IMG/VR virus record: IMGVR_UViG_3300023174_000046
Span: 62,001-126,000 of that record
Direction: 5' to 3' (one strand)
Length of the DNA: 64,000 bases
The notes below the pieces were generated by a model. The model had not been told where the DNA came from. It searched no databases and saw only the letters and a program-made list of their open reading frames with translations. A program made the position numbers and the translations under genes. Shown here piece after piece: positions 9,505 through 18,656 of the stretch (within the stretch, counting starts at the first letter, position 1; each line of letters starts with the position of its first letter).

Positions 9505-9981
9505 TTAGGTTTGTATTTGATTTGCAACATTTTTTATTTTAGTAGAAAGCTTTTTGAGAAGAACACCGTAAGATCTTTCAATATCTTTCTGCGGGTTATC
9601 AAAAGGATTCAAGCCGCCTCTTGCTTGACCACCTGCAAGAGTTTTTACTAATGCAAGATCATTTGCTGAAATTGTATTTTTACCGAGTATACTTGAAATA
9701 TTCTCTGCATTTTCTTCACCACCCTCTTCTGTGCTGTCTCCTTGCGGTGCAAAGATATCAACAACAAGATTACCATCTTCATCCATATCTACAATGTTAT
9801 AACCTGCAGAATGCTTGCGCATCATGCAATGACACTTCTTTTTAGATGTAGGGTGTTCATAGCTATGTACAATATCAAATTCGTCCGAAATATCAGGCTG
9901 ATTGCCACGTTTTTCGTGTGTCTCTTTGACGAGGTTTAAATTGTCATATATGGAAGATAGTTTAACAAGATACTTGCTCAC
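9505..9981 (-). CDS. Hypothetical late protein
   Basis: TAAATA-N5-GTG. Confidence 0.6.
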   Translation of the reverse strand: MSKYLVKLSSIYDNLNLVKETHEKRGNQPDISDEFDIVHSYEHPTSKKKCHCMMRKHSAGYNIVDMDEDGNLVVDIFAPQGDSTEEGGEENAENISSILGKNTISANDLALVKTLAGGQARGGLNPFDNPQKDIERSYGVLLKKLSTKIKNVANQIQT

Positions 9982-9992
9982 ATATATATTTA

Positions 9993-10559
9993 TTATTTGA
10001 GAAGCAGTTGTTTTGATTTAATTGCATTAAAGTAGATGTTAGATAAGAAGGTTAACCCGTATTTTTGTGAAAAAATGCGTATTTTTTGAAATGTAAACCT
10101 CTCGTAATTAGTCTTTTCAATAAAAGCTTTAATATTGAAGAGAATCTCTATGCCTTTTGCTTCATTTCTTTTCATTAAATGTGTAAAATATTCAAACGAA
10201 TAGCTTGTGATAAAGATCTTAATTGGAAGCAGTTTTGTTATTTTGCGGAGTAAAAGTTCAATAAAGAGAATAAGCTCTTCTTCAGGGACATACTTGTTGA
10301 GATCTGTTTTTGGAAGACTATTTGTATTATAAAAAACTACCACTTTCTCATTACTTTTTGCATGCAACACTTCTTCACATAATGCATATATTATGTTGTG
10401 ATACAATAATTTCTTGATATCTTTATTTCTTAGCTTTATATCTGTTAATTTATACTCGCCTAGATGTGTAAAAAAGTTGTGCAGGAACTTGCCGTTATAT
10501 ATTCTCGTAAAGTTTATAACATTTAAATTGTGATTTGGTAGTGATAGACTATCTATCAT
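9993..10559 (-). CDS. Hypothetical protein, weakly resembling the T4 RNase H N-terminal fold without catalytic Asp residues
   Basis: Promoter TTGAAT-N16-TATACT-N7-ATG (10567-10594); fold similarity judged by eye only. Confidence 0.55.
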   Translation of the reverse strand: MIDSLSLPNHNLNVINFTRIYNGKFLHNFFTHLGEYKLTDIKLRNKDIKKLLYHNIIYALCEEVLHAKSNEKVVVFYNTNSLPKTDLNKYVPEEELILFIELLLRKITKLLPIKIFITSYSFEYFTHLMKRNEAKGIEILFNIKAFIEKTNYERFTFQKIRIFSQKYGLTFLSNIYFNAIKSKQLLLK

Positions 10560-10586
10560 ATCTTACAGTATAGGTGATCCTATATA

Positions 10587-11012
10587 TTATTCAACAAATC
10601 GACTTTTAAATTCAGCAGGCGGTGTACCAATTCTCACATTTATTATTCCATTATAATAATCATCTCGAAGTAGCACATCTCGAGATATCTGTTCTTTTAT
10701 TTCAAAATAAGCCAACTCCCACTTTGAATTGCATGTACGTAAAATCTTAAAAGTAAATTTCTCTTTACCAAGCTTTAGAATATCTGCGTTAAGATCGTTT
10801 GAGGAGCTTGTATAACCCTTCCAGTCCGATTCTTTCATTTCAATTCTATTTCTCGTTTTACCCTTAAGAGGCTTTCTTTTTAACCTGGATTTGCATTGTT
10901 TTTTACCGATGTATTTTTTATTTGTAATTACATTTGTTATTTCATATATAAAACCGAATGTTGTTTCGTCTAAAACGACACCTTCGTGCAGAAGCCAGTG
11001 ACCTGTATCCAT
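10587..11012 (-). CDS. GIY-YIG endonuclease
   Basis: FGFIYEITN...KKYIGKK, ESDWKGYTSS, YFE, YYN; TAAATA-N5-ATG. Confidence 0.88.
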   Translation of the reverse strand: MDTGHWLLHEGVVLDETTFGFIYEITNVITNKKYIGKKQCKSRLKRKPLKGKTRNRIEMKESDWKGYTSSSNDLNADILKLGKEKFTFKILRTCNSKWELAYFEIKEQISRDVLLRDDYYNGIINVRIGTPPAEFKSRFVE

Positions 11013-11041
11013 TACGCTATTTAACTACCGGCTCGCAAAAG

Positions 11042-11302
11042 TCACATGCCAATAAAAGGTCTGCGTATAACAACCATCTTTGATTTATTTTTGCCTTTAG
11101 TTTTTTTGGCGCCCAAAGCAACCGGTTTGCGAAAATCGCCTTCTGCATACTTATCTTTACCGGGTGTACCTGAGGGATTGTCCTTCCAGTCTGATGTCTG
11201 GAATGTGCCCAGCGAACCGCCAGAACCAGCTGTATTTGAGGCAGCAGGTGCACCGCCTATATCCTCCATAAGCTTGGCAAACAATACGTCAAACATTTTC
11301 AC
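11042..11302 (-). CDS. Small late protein with capsid-targeting-like N-terminus and basic tail
   Basis: MKMFDVLFAKLME; perfect TATAAATA at 11309-11316. Confidence 0.6.
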   Translation of the reverse strand: MKMFDVLFAKLMEDIGGAPAASNTAGSGGSLGTFQTSDWKDNPSGTPGKDKYAEGDFRKPVALGAKKTKGKNKSKMVVIRRPFIGM

Positions 11303-11308
11303 TTTAAT

Positions 11309-11316
11309 TATTTATA
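11309..11316 (-). promoter_or_regulatory. T4-type late promoter TATAAATA
   Basis: Exact T4 gp55 consensus, 6 nt before GTG. Confidence 0.8.
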
Positions 11317-11336
11317 ACATATACTATAATAAAGAT

Positions 11337-11735
11337 ATGGAATTTAATATTCAGAAAATATTAATCGAAATTGAGAAAGACGTTGCTGTAGATGAATTAA
11401 ATCTACGGGAAGTGCAGTTCAAGCTACCTGCAATTAAGCATAAGTATGCTGGTCTTTTGATTAGATCGAAGATTGAGCTCAATAATAAGAAGAAGGAGCT
11501 TGATGAGCAGCGCAAGAGCGCTGTAGAGCAGATAAAAGAGAAAAGCCCTGTTAAATTAGCACCCAATACACTATTTGATACTGCAAATGAACTACCTAAT
11601 CTCAAAAAAATACGTAGCGAGATAGAAGAAATTGACTTGCTCATAACATTGTTAGAGAAAACTGAAAAGACCCTTTCTTCAATGACCTATGATATAAAGA
11701 ATATTATTGAAATACAAAAGCTTGAGACAACATGA
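11337..11735 (+). CDS. uvsY: Recombination mediator UvsY (real start ATG 11337)
   Basis: D..IDE..L...LP.IKHKY... and YDIKNIIE C-terminus; directly upstream of uvsW; TATAAT-N6-ATG. Confidence 0.82.
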   Translation: MEFNIQKILIEIEKDVAVDELNLREVQFKLPAIKHKYAGLLIRSKIELNNKKKELDEQRKSAVEQIKEKSPVKLAPNTLFDTANELPNLKKIRSEIEEIDLLITLLEKTEKTLSSMTYDIKNIIEIQKLETT

Positions 11736-13195
11736 TAAAAATTGATTTTGATGGTAAAAAGAATAAGGCTATTCTCTCTGGTGATCATTTTGATGAAATA
11801 AGAGAAAATTTTTCTGTAAAAAATAAAGCCGCAGTTTTTTTAAAAAGATATGCCCGTTACATTCCGTCACGCACCTACAGTATTACTCCCACAGGAAGAT
11901 TTGATCCCTGTCTAACCCCGGAATTACAAAAGTTTTTTCTTGAAAAGCAGTATTCATGTTCTGTTGAAATTTCAGAGGATATTAAAAATATCATAACACC
12001 CGCTCTTTTTACATGGAAAAAAAATGCAAACTTCTCTGATACACCCTATAAACTAAAGCTCGATTTGCGCGATTATCAAGAAGAAATAGTTAAACAATGT
12101 CTTTCTTCTGGCAGAGGAACAGTAGTCCTTGCAACTGCAGGTGGGAAGACACTTGTAATGGCTTCATTAATATCATCTGTCTACCGCTTTAATAATAGCA
12201 AATTTAAATGTTTACTCATAGTACCAGATCGAGGCCTTGTAGAGCAAACATATAATGATTTTGTTCAATACGGTGTACCGTTCTCATTTTCAAAATGGAC
12301 AGGCGATAATAAGCTTGACTTGACTTCTAATATTATAATTGCAAATCTCGGCATTCTACAGAGTAAGAATTCAAATCTATCTTGGTTAGAGAATATTGAT
12401 ATGGTAGTAGTCGATGAAGTGCATAAGATTCGAAAAGGGAATGAAGTTAATAAACTTTTAGCATTAGCCAAAACAGCACATAAATTTGGATTTACAGGGA
12501 CTTTACCTGAGGAGAAAGAGGATCAGTGGAACATTATTGGTAAGATTGGACCAATATTGTATGAAAAGAATAGTTATGAACTACGAACTGAGAATTATGT
12601 AAGCAACGCGAATATACAGATGCTAAATGTTTTCTATAAAACTGTACCTAAGCGTGAAAGCAGCAATTTTAATCCCACAGATTTTTACAAGAAAGAGCTC
12701 GACTTTATTATTGAAAATAAATTCCGAAACGTATTATTATCAAAAATTGTTAATAAAGTTGAAAAAAACGTACTCATTTTAATTGATTTTATAAAGCATG
12801 GTGAAATACTTGAATCGGTTCTCAAGTTAAACTGCAACAATAAGAGGGTATTTTTTATTCGTGGCGAAGTAGAAGTCGAAGAAAGAGAGAAGATTAAAAA
12901 TATTATTGAAACTGATGATAATGTTGTTGTTATAGCTATTTCAAAAATATTTTCTACAGGTATTAATGTTAAGAATTTACACTACATTGTTTTTGCAGGC
13001 GGTGGCAAGGCGAAGATCAAGACTGTACAATCCATTGGTAGAGGTTTACGCTTGCATATCAACAAGGATAAGCTTATAATATTCGACATATCAGATCAAC
13101 TCTATTATGGTATACAACATACCAATAAAAGAAAACAAATTTATGAAAAAGAAAAAATCCAATACTACACCACCGACCTCCACGAAAAAGCCTAA
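11732..13195 (+). CDS. uvsW: SF2 DNA helicase UvsW
   Basis: LRDYQ, LATAGGKT, DEVH, GFTGT, FSTGIN, QSIGRGLR. Confidence 0.93.
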   Translation: MIKIDFDGKKNKAILSGDHFDEIRENFSVKNKAAVFLKRYARYIPSRTYSITPTGRFDPCLTPELQKFFLEKQYSCSVEISEDIKNIITPALFTWKKNANFSDTPYKLKLDLRDYQEEIVKQCLSSGRGTVVLATAGGKTLVMASLISSVYRFNNSKFKCLLIVPDRGLVEQTYNDFVQYGVPFSFSKWTGDNKLDLTSNIIIANLGILQSKNSNLSWLENIDMVVVDEVHKIRKGNEVNKLLALAKTAHKFGFTGTLPEEKEDQWNIIGKIGPILYEKNSYELRTENYVSNANIQMLNVFYKTVPKRESSNFNPTDFYKKELDFIIENKFRNVLLSKIVNKVEKNVLILIDFIKHGEILESVLKLNCNNKRVFFIRGEVEVEEREKIKNIIETDDNVVVIAISKIFSTGINVKNLHYIVFAGGGKAKIKTVQSIGRGLRLHINKDKLIIFDISDQLYYGIQHTNKRKQIYEKEKIQYYTTDLHEKA

Positions 13196-13646
13196 AAAAG
13201 ATAAACCTTTTTATGTTAGCCCGAAGGAATTCGAAGCTGAGATTACTATCTATTACAATACCGGTAACATGTCAATTAATCTTGGTGAATCCATTACTAA
13301 GATTGCAAATGGATTGAGCTACGCACCTAATTTTATTAATTATACATACAAAGACGATATGGTTGGCGATGCAATTGTGAAGATGTTTTCTGCATTAAAG
13401 AATAAGAAATTTAAACTAAATAGCGGGTTTAGTCCTTTTTCATATTTTACTACTATTGCTTTTCATGCATTTATTAATAGAATTAAAAAAGAAAAGAAAC
13501 ACCACGCTGCAATTAATGATTACAGAGAAAAAGTTTATACAGATTTAATTCATTCATGCCCCGGTGGTGAGCAAATTTACGTAAAGCCTTCAGACAGTAA
13601 TAATGAAGATGGTGAAAATGATGTCTTTAGTAATTTGAATGGTTAA
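13143..13646 (+). CDS. gp55: Late-transcription sigma factor gp55 (start likely MKKKK at 13143)
   Basis: YV..KEF, KIANGLSYAPNFINYTYKDDMVGDA, PFSYFTTIAFHAFINRIKKEKK. Confidence 0.92.
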   Translation: MKKKKSNTTPPTSTKKPKKDKPFYVSPKEFEAEITIYYNTGNMSINLGESITKIANGLSYAPNFINYTYKDDMVGDAIVKMFSALKNKKFKLNSGFSPFSYFTTIAFHAFINRIKKEKKHHAAINDYREKVYTDLIHSCPGGEQIYVKPSDSNNEDGENDVFSNLNG

Positions 13647-14688
13647 ACTTAATAACAAGAAAGTATGCTGTTTTTCTGATGTACATATTGGAGTACATCA
13701 GAATAATGTTTTTTGGTATAATGTTGCGCAGAAGTTTTTTACTTGGTTAAGCGAAGAACTCAAAAAAAGACAAATTGAAGACATCATTATTTGTGGTGAT
13801 CTTTTCCACTACCGAGACGAAATATCCGTAAATACTATTCACCTTGCATCACAGCTTCTCGAGAAACTAAAAGACTTCAATATTATAATGTTGGTAGGTA
13901 ATCACGATGCTTATTACAAGGATAGATCGGATATCAATTCATTAGCACCTTTTGCAGGCTGGCCAAACATAAGAGTTATTTCACAAGTTGCATCTTCATT
14001 TAATTTTAATAGAGAGCTCTCCTTTGTACCGTGGGGTACAGATCCAAAGCATCTACCTGACAGTGAAGTAATGTTTGGTCATTTTGAAATTGAAACGTTT
14101 AAGATGAATAGTCATAAAATTTGTGATCACGGTATCAAGGCATCACAATTACTTGAAAAAGCTAAACTAGTTATCTCTGGGCATTTTCATCTTAAAGATG
14201 AGCGAAAATATTCGGAAGGCACAATTTTATATCTTGGAAGCCCTTATCAAATGGATTTTGGTGATGTAGAGAGCCAAAAAGGTATTCATATATTAGACCT
14301 GGCTACCTTAAAATACGAATTTGTTGAAAGTGGTGACTACCCTAAGCATAAAAAAATTAATTTGTCTGATCTTATCAAAGAAAACGGATTTACTGATAAA
14401 GTTAAAAATGAATTCAAGAATAATATAGTTAAATTTATTGTTGATAAAAACATTACTGCAGATGAAATAGACTTCTTACTAAAAAAGCTTTCAGCGCTTA
14501 ATCCCTTATCGATTAACGTTGATTATGCTGCAAATTTTAACAAGTTTAATGTACAGAATGATCCTAACTGTGACTTGTCGGGCGTAGATATTCCAAAAGC
14601 TATTGAAGAATTTGTGAATATGCTTGATCTTAATAATAAAAGAGAGATAATAGATTATACCACAGAACTATTTAAAAAGGTGCGATGA
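13639..14688 (+). CDS. gp47: Recombination endonuclease subunit (Mre11/SbcD-like)
   Basis: SDVHIG, GDLFH, GNHD, GHF, SGHFH, YLGSP. Confidence 0.93.
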   Translation: MVKLNNKKVCCFSDVHIGVHQNNVFWYNVAQKFFTWLSEELKKRQIEDIIICGDLFHYRDEISVNTIHLASQLLEKLKDFNIIMLVGNHDAYYKDRSDINSLAPFAGWPNIRVISQVASSFNFNRELSFVPWGTDPKHLPDSEVMFGHFEIETFKMNSHKICDHGIKASQLLEKAKLVISGHFHLKDERKYSEGTILYLGSPYQMDFGDVESQKGIHILDLATLKYEFVESGDYPKHKKINLSDLIKENGFTDKVKNEFKNNIVKFIVDKNITADEIDFLLKKLSALNPLSINVDYAANFNKFNVQNDPNCDLSGVDIPKAIEEFVNMLDLNNKREIIDYTTELFKKVR

Positions 14689-16490
14689 AAAAAATTATCT
14701 TTAACAAAATTTCAATAAAAAACTTTCTTTCTGTAGGAAGCGAGCCTGTCGTAATTGATTTTAAGACAGGGTTACATATTATTACAGGTCTTAATAAAGA
14801 TAAGGAAGACCGTCGTAATGGTGTTGGTAAATCTACTGTTGCTGATGCTATATACTTTGCTATTTTTGGTTCTACGTTGAGAGAGCTTAAGAAAGAGCAT
14901 ATTGTTAATAATACTAATAGAGAGAACTGTGAAGTTATCCTAGATTTTGATATTGAAGGATTTGATAGAAAAGATGAATATCAAATTATAAGAATGCTTG
15001 AACCGTCACGTTGCTATGTGTACAAGAACGGTGAAGACAAGACACGAGACAGCATTATTAATACTACTGAATATATTTTTGAAAAGATTAATTGTTCACC
15101 TGATATTTTTCAGAATTGTGTTATTATGACTGTTAATAATACTATACCTTTCATGGCAAAGAAGAAGATTGAAAAGCGAAAATTTATTGAAGGGATTTTT
15201 AATTTAGAAGTTTTTAGTACTATGTTGCAACGTCTTCGTGATGAATACAATGAATCAAAGAGAAACTTTGATATTGAATCAACAAAATGTACAGAGATTG
15301 AAAATAGCTTATCTCTACAGGTTACAGCAAAAGAAGTTTACAATAAAGAGCGTGACGCCAAAAGAGAGAAATATACCGGTCGTAAAGAAAGCAACATAAA
15401 GGAACTACAGCTACTTGACAAAAAAATAAATGAATTTACTGCTTTAGATATTAAGAAGATTGAGAAAGACATTAGCACACTTACAACAAAAGCTGAAAAA
15501 ATTGATCAAGAAATTAAAGTGTTGCGTGACAAGACTTCCTCATATCGCACACAGATTGAATTAAAAGAAAAAGACTACAAGCGAATTGGAACAGATAAAG
15601 ATGCTTGCCCTACATGTTTACGTGCACTAGAAGATAAAGATAAAAATCATATTAAAGAGGAGAAACAAAAAATTAAAAAAGAGATTAGTGATTTTGAAAA
15701 TAAGATCAACACTAATGTTGCAAAAGAAGAAGAGTCTTCTGCACTAGAGCTTAAGCTGTATGGAGCAGTAGAGAGCTTGAAGGGCAAGATTAATGCTTTT
15801 AATCTAGAGCAAAAAGAATTAGAGAGTATTAAAACTCGAATAAATCAATTAAATGTATGGCAAAAAGAGCTAGATATTGATCTCGCAGAACTTAGCAAGA
15901 CAAACAATCAACACGATACAAATATTGAAGATATTACAAAGCGACTTGAGGAAATAAAGAGTGTGCTTGAAAAGACAAAGATACATTTCAATATGCTTGA
16001 TGCTGTAAAATTTGTGTTATCTGAAGAAGGCGTAAAATCATATATTGTAAAAAAGATTCTTCAGCTCTTTAATAGCAAACTTGCTTATTATCTAAAGAAA
16101 ATGGATTCGAATTGCATTTGTATTTTTAATGAATATTTTGAAGAAGAGATTATTGATGAAAAGGGCAAACCATGTTCTTATTTTAATTTTAGTGGTGCAG
16201 AACGGAAGAATATAGATCTAGCATGTTTGTTTGCTTTTATGGATATAAGACGTTTACAAGGTAATGTCGCATTTAATTTTAGTGTGTATGATGAGCTGTT
16301 TGATTCATCTCTCGATGAAAAGGGTGTAGAGCTTGTACTGGGTATTTTACGAGAAAGAATTGAAAAATATAATGAATGTATTATGGTGATTAGTCACCGC
16401 AAAGAGAGTGTAAAATTTGCTTCAGGTGATATTATTTTTCTAGAAAAGAAAAACGGTATTACTAAACGTATTGAATACAGCGATTATTAG
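14685..16490 (+). CDS. gp46: Recombination ATPase subunit (Rad50/SbcC-like)
   Basis: KNFLSVG, NGVGKS, coiled coil with CPTC hook, FSGAE signature, DELFDSSLD, ISH. Confidence 0.95.
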   Translation: MKKIIFNKISIKNFLSVGSEPVVIDFKTGLHIITGLNKDKEDRRNGVGKSTVADAIYFAIFGSTLRELKKEHIVNNTNRENCEVILDFDIEGFDRKDEYQIIRMLEPSRCYVYKNGEDKTRDSIINTTEYIFEKINCSPDIFQNCVIMTVNNTIPFMAKKKIEKRKFIEGIFNLEVFSTMLQRLRDEYNESKRNFDIESTKCTEIENSLSLQVTAKEVYNKERDAKREKYTGRKESNIKELQLLDKKINEFTALDIKKIEKDISTLTTKAEKIDQEIKVLRDKTSSYRTQIELKEKDYKRIGTDKDACPTCLRALEDKDKNHIKEEKQKIKKEISDFENKINTNVAKEEESSALELKLYGAVESLKGKINAFNLEQKELESIKTRINQLNVWQKELDIDLAELSKTNNQHDTNIEDITKRLEEIKSVLEKTKIHFNMLDAVKFVLSEEGVKSYIVKKILQLFNSKLAYYLKKMDSNCICIFNEYFEEEIIDEKGKPCSYFNFSGAERKNIDLACLFAFMDIRRLQGNVAFNFSVYDELFDSSLDEKGVELVLGILRERIEKYNECIMVISHRKESVKFASGDIIFLEKKNGITKRIEYSDY

Positions 16491-17374
16491 TCTGAAGAAG
16501 TATAATTTCTATCGCCAACTGCTTGCGGTATAACTCTTCTACCAAATTCTCTTCGCGCAATATCCTCAATATCTGGCTCAAGTCCTGTTTCGAGAGCCTC
16601 TGGCTCTTTTGTTATGTCTTCAGGGTTAGCTAGCTTATAATAATCAACAGCTAGATCTACAAAGTTTTGAAAATAATCAAAATTATCTTTTGGATCAACC
16701 TTAAAAAACTCTTCTTTTTCTTTCTTATCCAACATATCTTCTGCTGTACTACGTGCTGCAGCTTCAATTTGTTTTCTTAGTTCTTCCGGATTGCTTGTTT
16801 CAAATGTATCAGACAATTCATCGTATACTCTTGGACTTATTTTATCATATTTGCCAAAATTTGGTGTTCCTGTTCTTGTAAAAATCTTTTCTGCTTCAAT
16901 GGTTGCAGGCACATCACTCTTTGATATTTCTTTATTTTTTGCTCCTGCTTCTACAGCCTTTTTAACTGCAGCTGGTGATGTGGCATTACCGCCTTCACCA
17001 TCTGTTCGTATAACATTAAGCAAGTTATCTGCAATACGAGCTGTATAACCAGCCTGAGTTTTGCCAAGCTTAAGCTCATTCTTAACAAGATCTATCAATT
17101 CAGCGCGAAACTTATCTTTGCTCCCCGGGTAATAAAGCTGATATTCAACACCATCAACTGTATGTGATGCAGGCTTAAAAAGTTTTGTTTTAATTGTATC
17201 AATTAGTCCCTTGACTTGATCATCAGATAAACCCTTAAAACCATAACCGCCACCTGCGCTTGCCCGTGGATCAGACGAGAAACCTAGATCACCTGGCCCA
17301 AAAACAGGTATTTCACTAATTAATTGTGTTTTTGCGTAAGCTTCAAAAATTAGCTTAGAGTCTTTATTATTCAT
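16487..17374 (-). CDS. Hypothetical late protein with capsid-targeting-like N-terminus
   Basis: MNNKDSKLIFEAY..LISE; TAAATA 8 nt upstream of ATG. Confidence 0.65.
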   Translation of the reverse strand: MNNKDSKLIFEAYAKTQLISEIPVFGPGDLGFSSDPRASAGGGYGFKGLSDDQVKGLIDTIKTKLFKPASHTVDGVEYQLYYPGSKDKFRAELIDLVKNELKLGKTQAGYTARIADNLLNVIRTDGEGGNATSPAAVKKAVEAGAKNKEISKSDVPATIEAEKIFTRTGTPNFGKYDKISPRVYDELSDTFETSNPEELRKQIEAAARSTAEDMLDKKEKEEFFKVDPKDNFDYFQNFVDLAVDYYKLANPEDITKEPEALETGLEPDIEDIARREFGRRVIPQAVGDRNYTSSD

Positions 17375-17410
17375 GCTTGAATTATTTATTGTTTGTATTA
17401 ATATATTTTC

Positions 17411-18628
17411 ATGGTTTCTCCCTTTGCTTCGCCCTTTGCATCACCTTTTGCACAACCCTTCCAAGCAGTACCAACAGGGCCCCAGGCTGCGCCACAGCAA
17501 ATGCCTTCTGTACCGCCTGAGGCAAATTTACCACGCGCAATAAATTACCTTGCAGATTATAGTGGTTGTGGTTTCTGGCGATTAATTTGGCCAGGGCACT
17601 TGCTTTGTGCACACCAAAAAGCTATTGTACATGCTTCTACAGTTATGTGCTTTGATCCACGCTGGTACGGTAACACACAAGCAATTCGCATTCAAAGACA
17701 AGCCACTGGACATCAAAGACAATTTTACGAGTTTCTTAAAAAACTTAGCGGTGAGATGGGATTTAGACTCATATACGAAATTGATGATATTATGTTTCAC
17801 GAAGATATTCCGGAATATAATAAGTTTAAACCTGCATTTAAGAATGATGAGATAAGAAACAATGCAATTGAAATGATGCGCATGTCAGATGAAATTACTG
17901 TTACATGTGATTTCATGAAAGAATATTATATGAATAAAACAGGCAACAAAAATGTTACTGTTATTCCGAATTACCCACCAAAATGGTGGATTGGGCACTT
18001 TTATAATGAAAAGAAAATAAGCCAAAATTATGATACACATCGCAAGCGTCCTCGTATTTTATACGCAGGCTCCGGTGCACACTTTGATGTTGAAAATAGA
18101 GTAAATCAAAATGATGACTTCCGTCACGTATTACAATCGATTGTTGATACACGACACAAATACCAGTGGGTATTTTTAGGAGCGTTTCCTCTCGCCTTAC
18201 AACAATTTGTTAAAGACGGTACATTTGAATACCATCCATGGGAATTACTCTATAGGTATCCAGAAAAAATTTATAACTTGAATATTAACATGATGGTTGC
18301 TCCTTTGCAGGATAATAACTTTAACAAAGCAAAGAGCGATCTCAAGTATATTGAGGCGTGTAGCTACGGCATACCCATTGCTTGTCAAGACCTTTGCACA
18401 TACGCGCAAGCGCCATTTAAATTCAAGACTGGTGAAGAAATGATTCAAAGAATTGAGGAAGTGTTAGAAAAGAAATCCAAATATATGACATACTGCCAGC
18501 ATGCAAGAGCATATGCTGAGACAAGATGGCTAGAAAATGAAGACAACATTAATACCTATCATGAATTGTATACGTTACCTTACGGGCACAAAGATAGAAA
18601 ATTGCTGAATAAAATTAATGGCTTGTAA
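17411..18628 (+). CDS. GT-B fold glycosyltransferase with N-terminal (SPFA)x3 repeat
   Basis: DYSGCGFWRL.WP, IYEIDD, VTVIPN, ILYAGS..H, APLQDNNFNKAKSDLKYIE; promoter TTGAAT-N16-TAATAT-N6-ATG. Confidence 0.85.
   Translation: MVSPFASPFASPFAQPFQAVPTGPQAAPQQMPSVPPEANLPRAINYLADYSGCGFWRLIWPGHLLCAHQKAIVHASTVMCFDPRWYGNTQAIRIQRQATGHQRQFYEFLKKLSGEMGFRLIYEIDDIMFHEDIPEYNKFKPAFKNDEIRNNAIEMMRMSDEITVTCDFMKEYYMNKTGNKNVTVIPNYPPKWWIGHFYNEKKISQNYDTHRKRPRILYAGSGAHFDVENRVNQNDDFRHVLQSIVDTRHKYQWVFLGAFPLALQQFVKDGTFEYHPWELLYRYPEKIYNLNINMMVAPLQDNNFNKAKSDLKYIEACSYGIPIACQDLCTYAQAPFKFKTGEEMIQRIEEVLEKKSKYMTYCQHARAYAETRWLENEDNINTYHELYTLPYGHKDRKLLNKINGL
17417..17461 (+). repeat. 12-bp coding tandem repeat (SPFA SPFA SPFA QPF)
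   Basis: tctccctttgct tcgccctttgca tcaccttttgca caacccttc. Confidence 0.85.
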
Positions 18629-18656
18629 TAGTTAGCTTTTCATTTATTATTATATT

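Noticed and set aside
10587-11012. GIY-YIG protein as a mobile homing endonuclease
   Set aside because: Single catalytic domain with no DNA-binding extension or intron context; more likely a resident nuclease
11046-11336. N-terminal extension of UvsY in the ORF track
   Set aside because: Antisense to ORF 11042-11302; TATAAT-N6-ATG marks the real start at 11337
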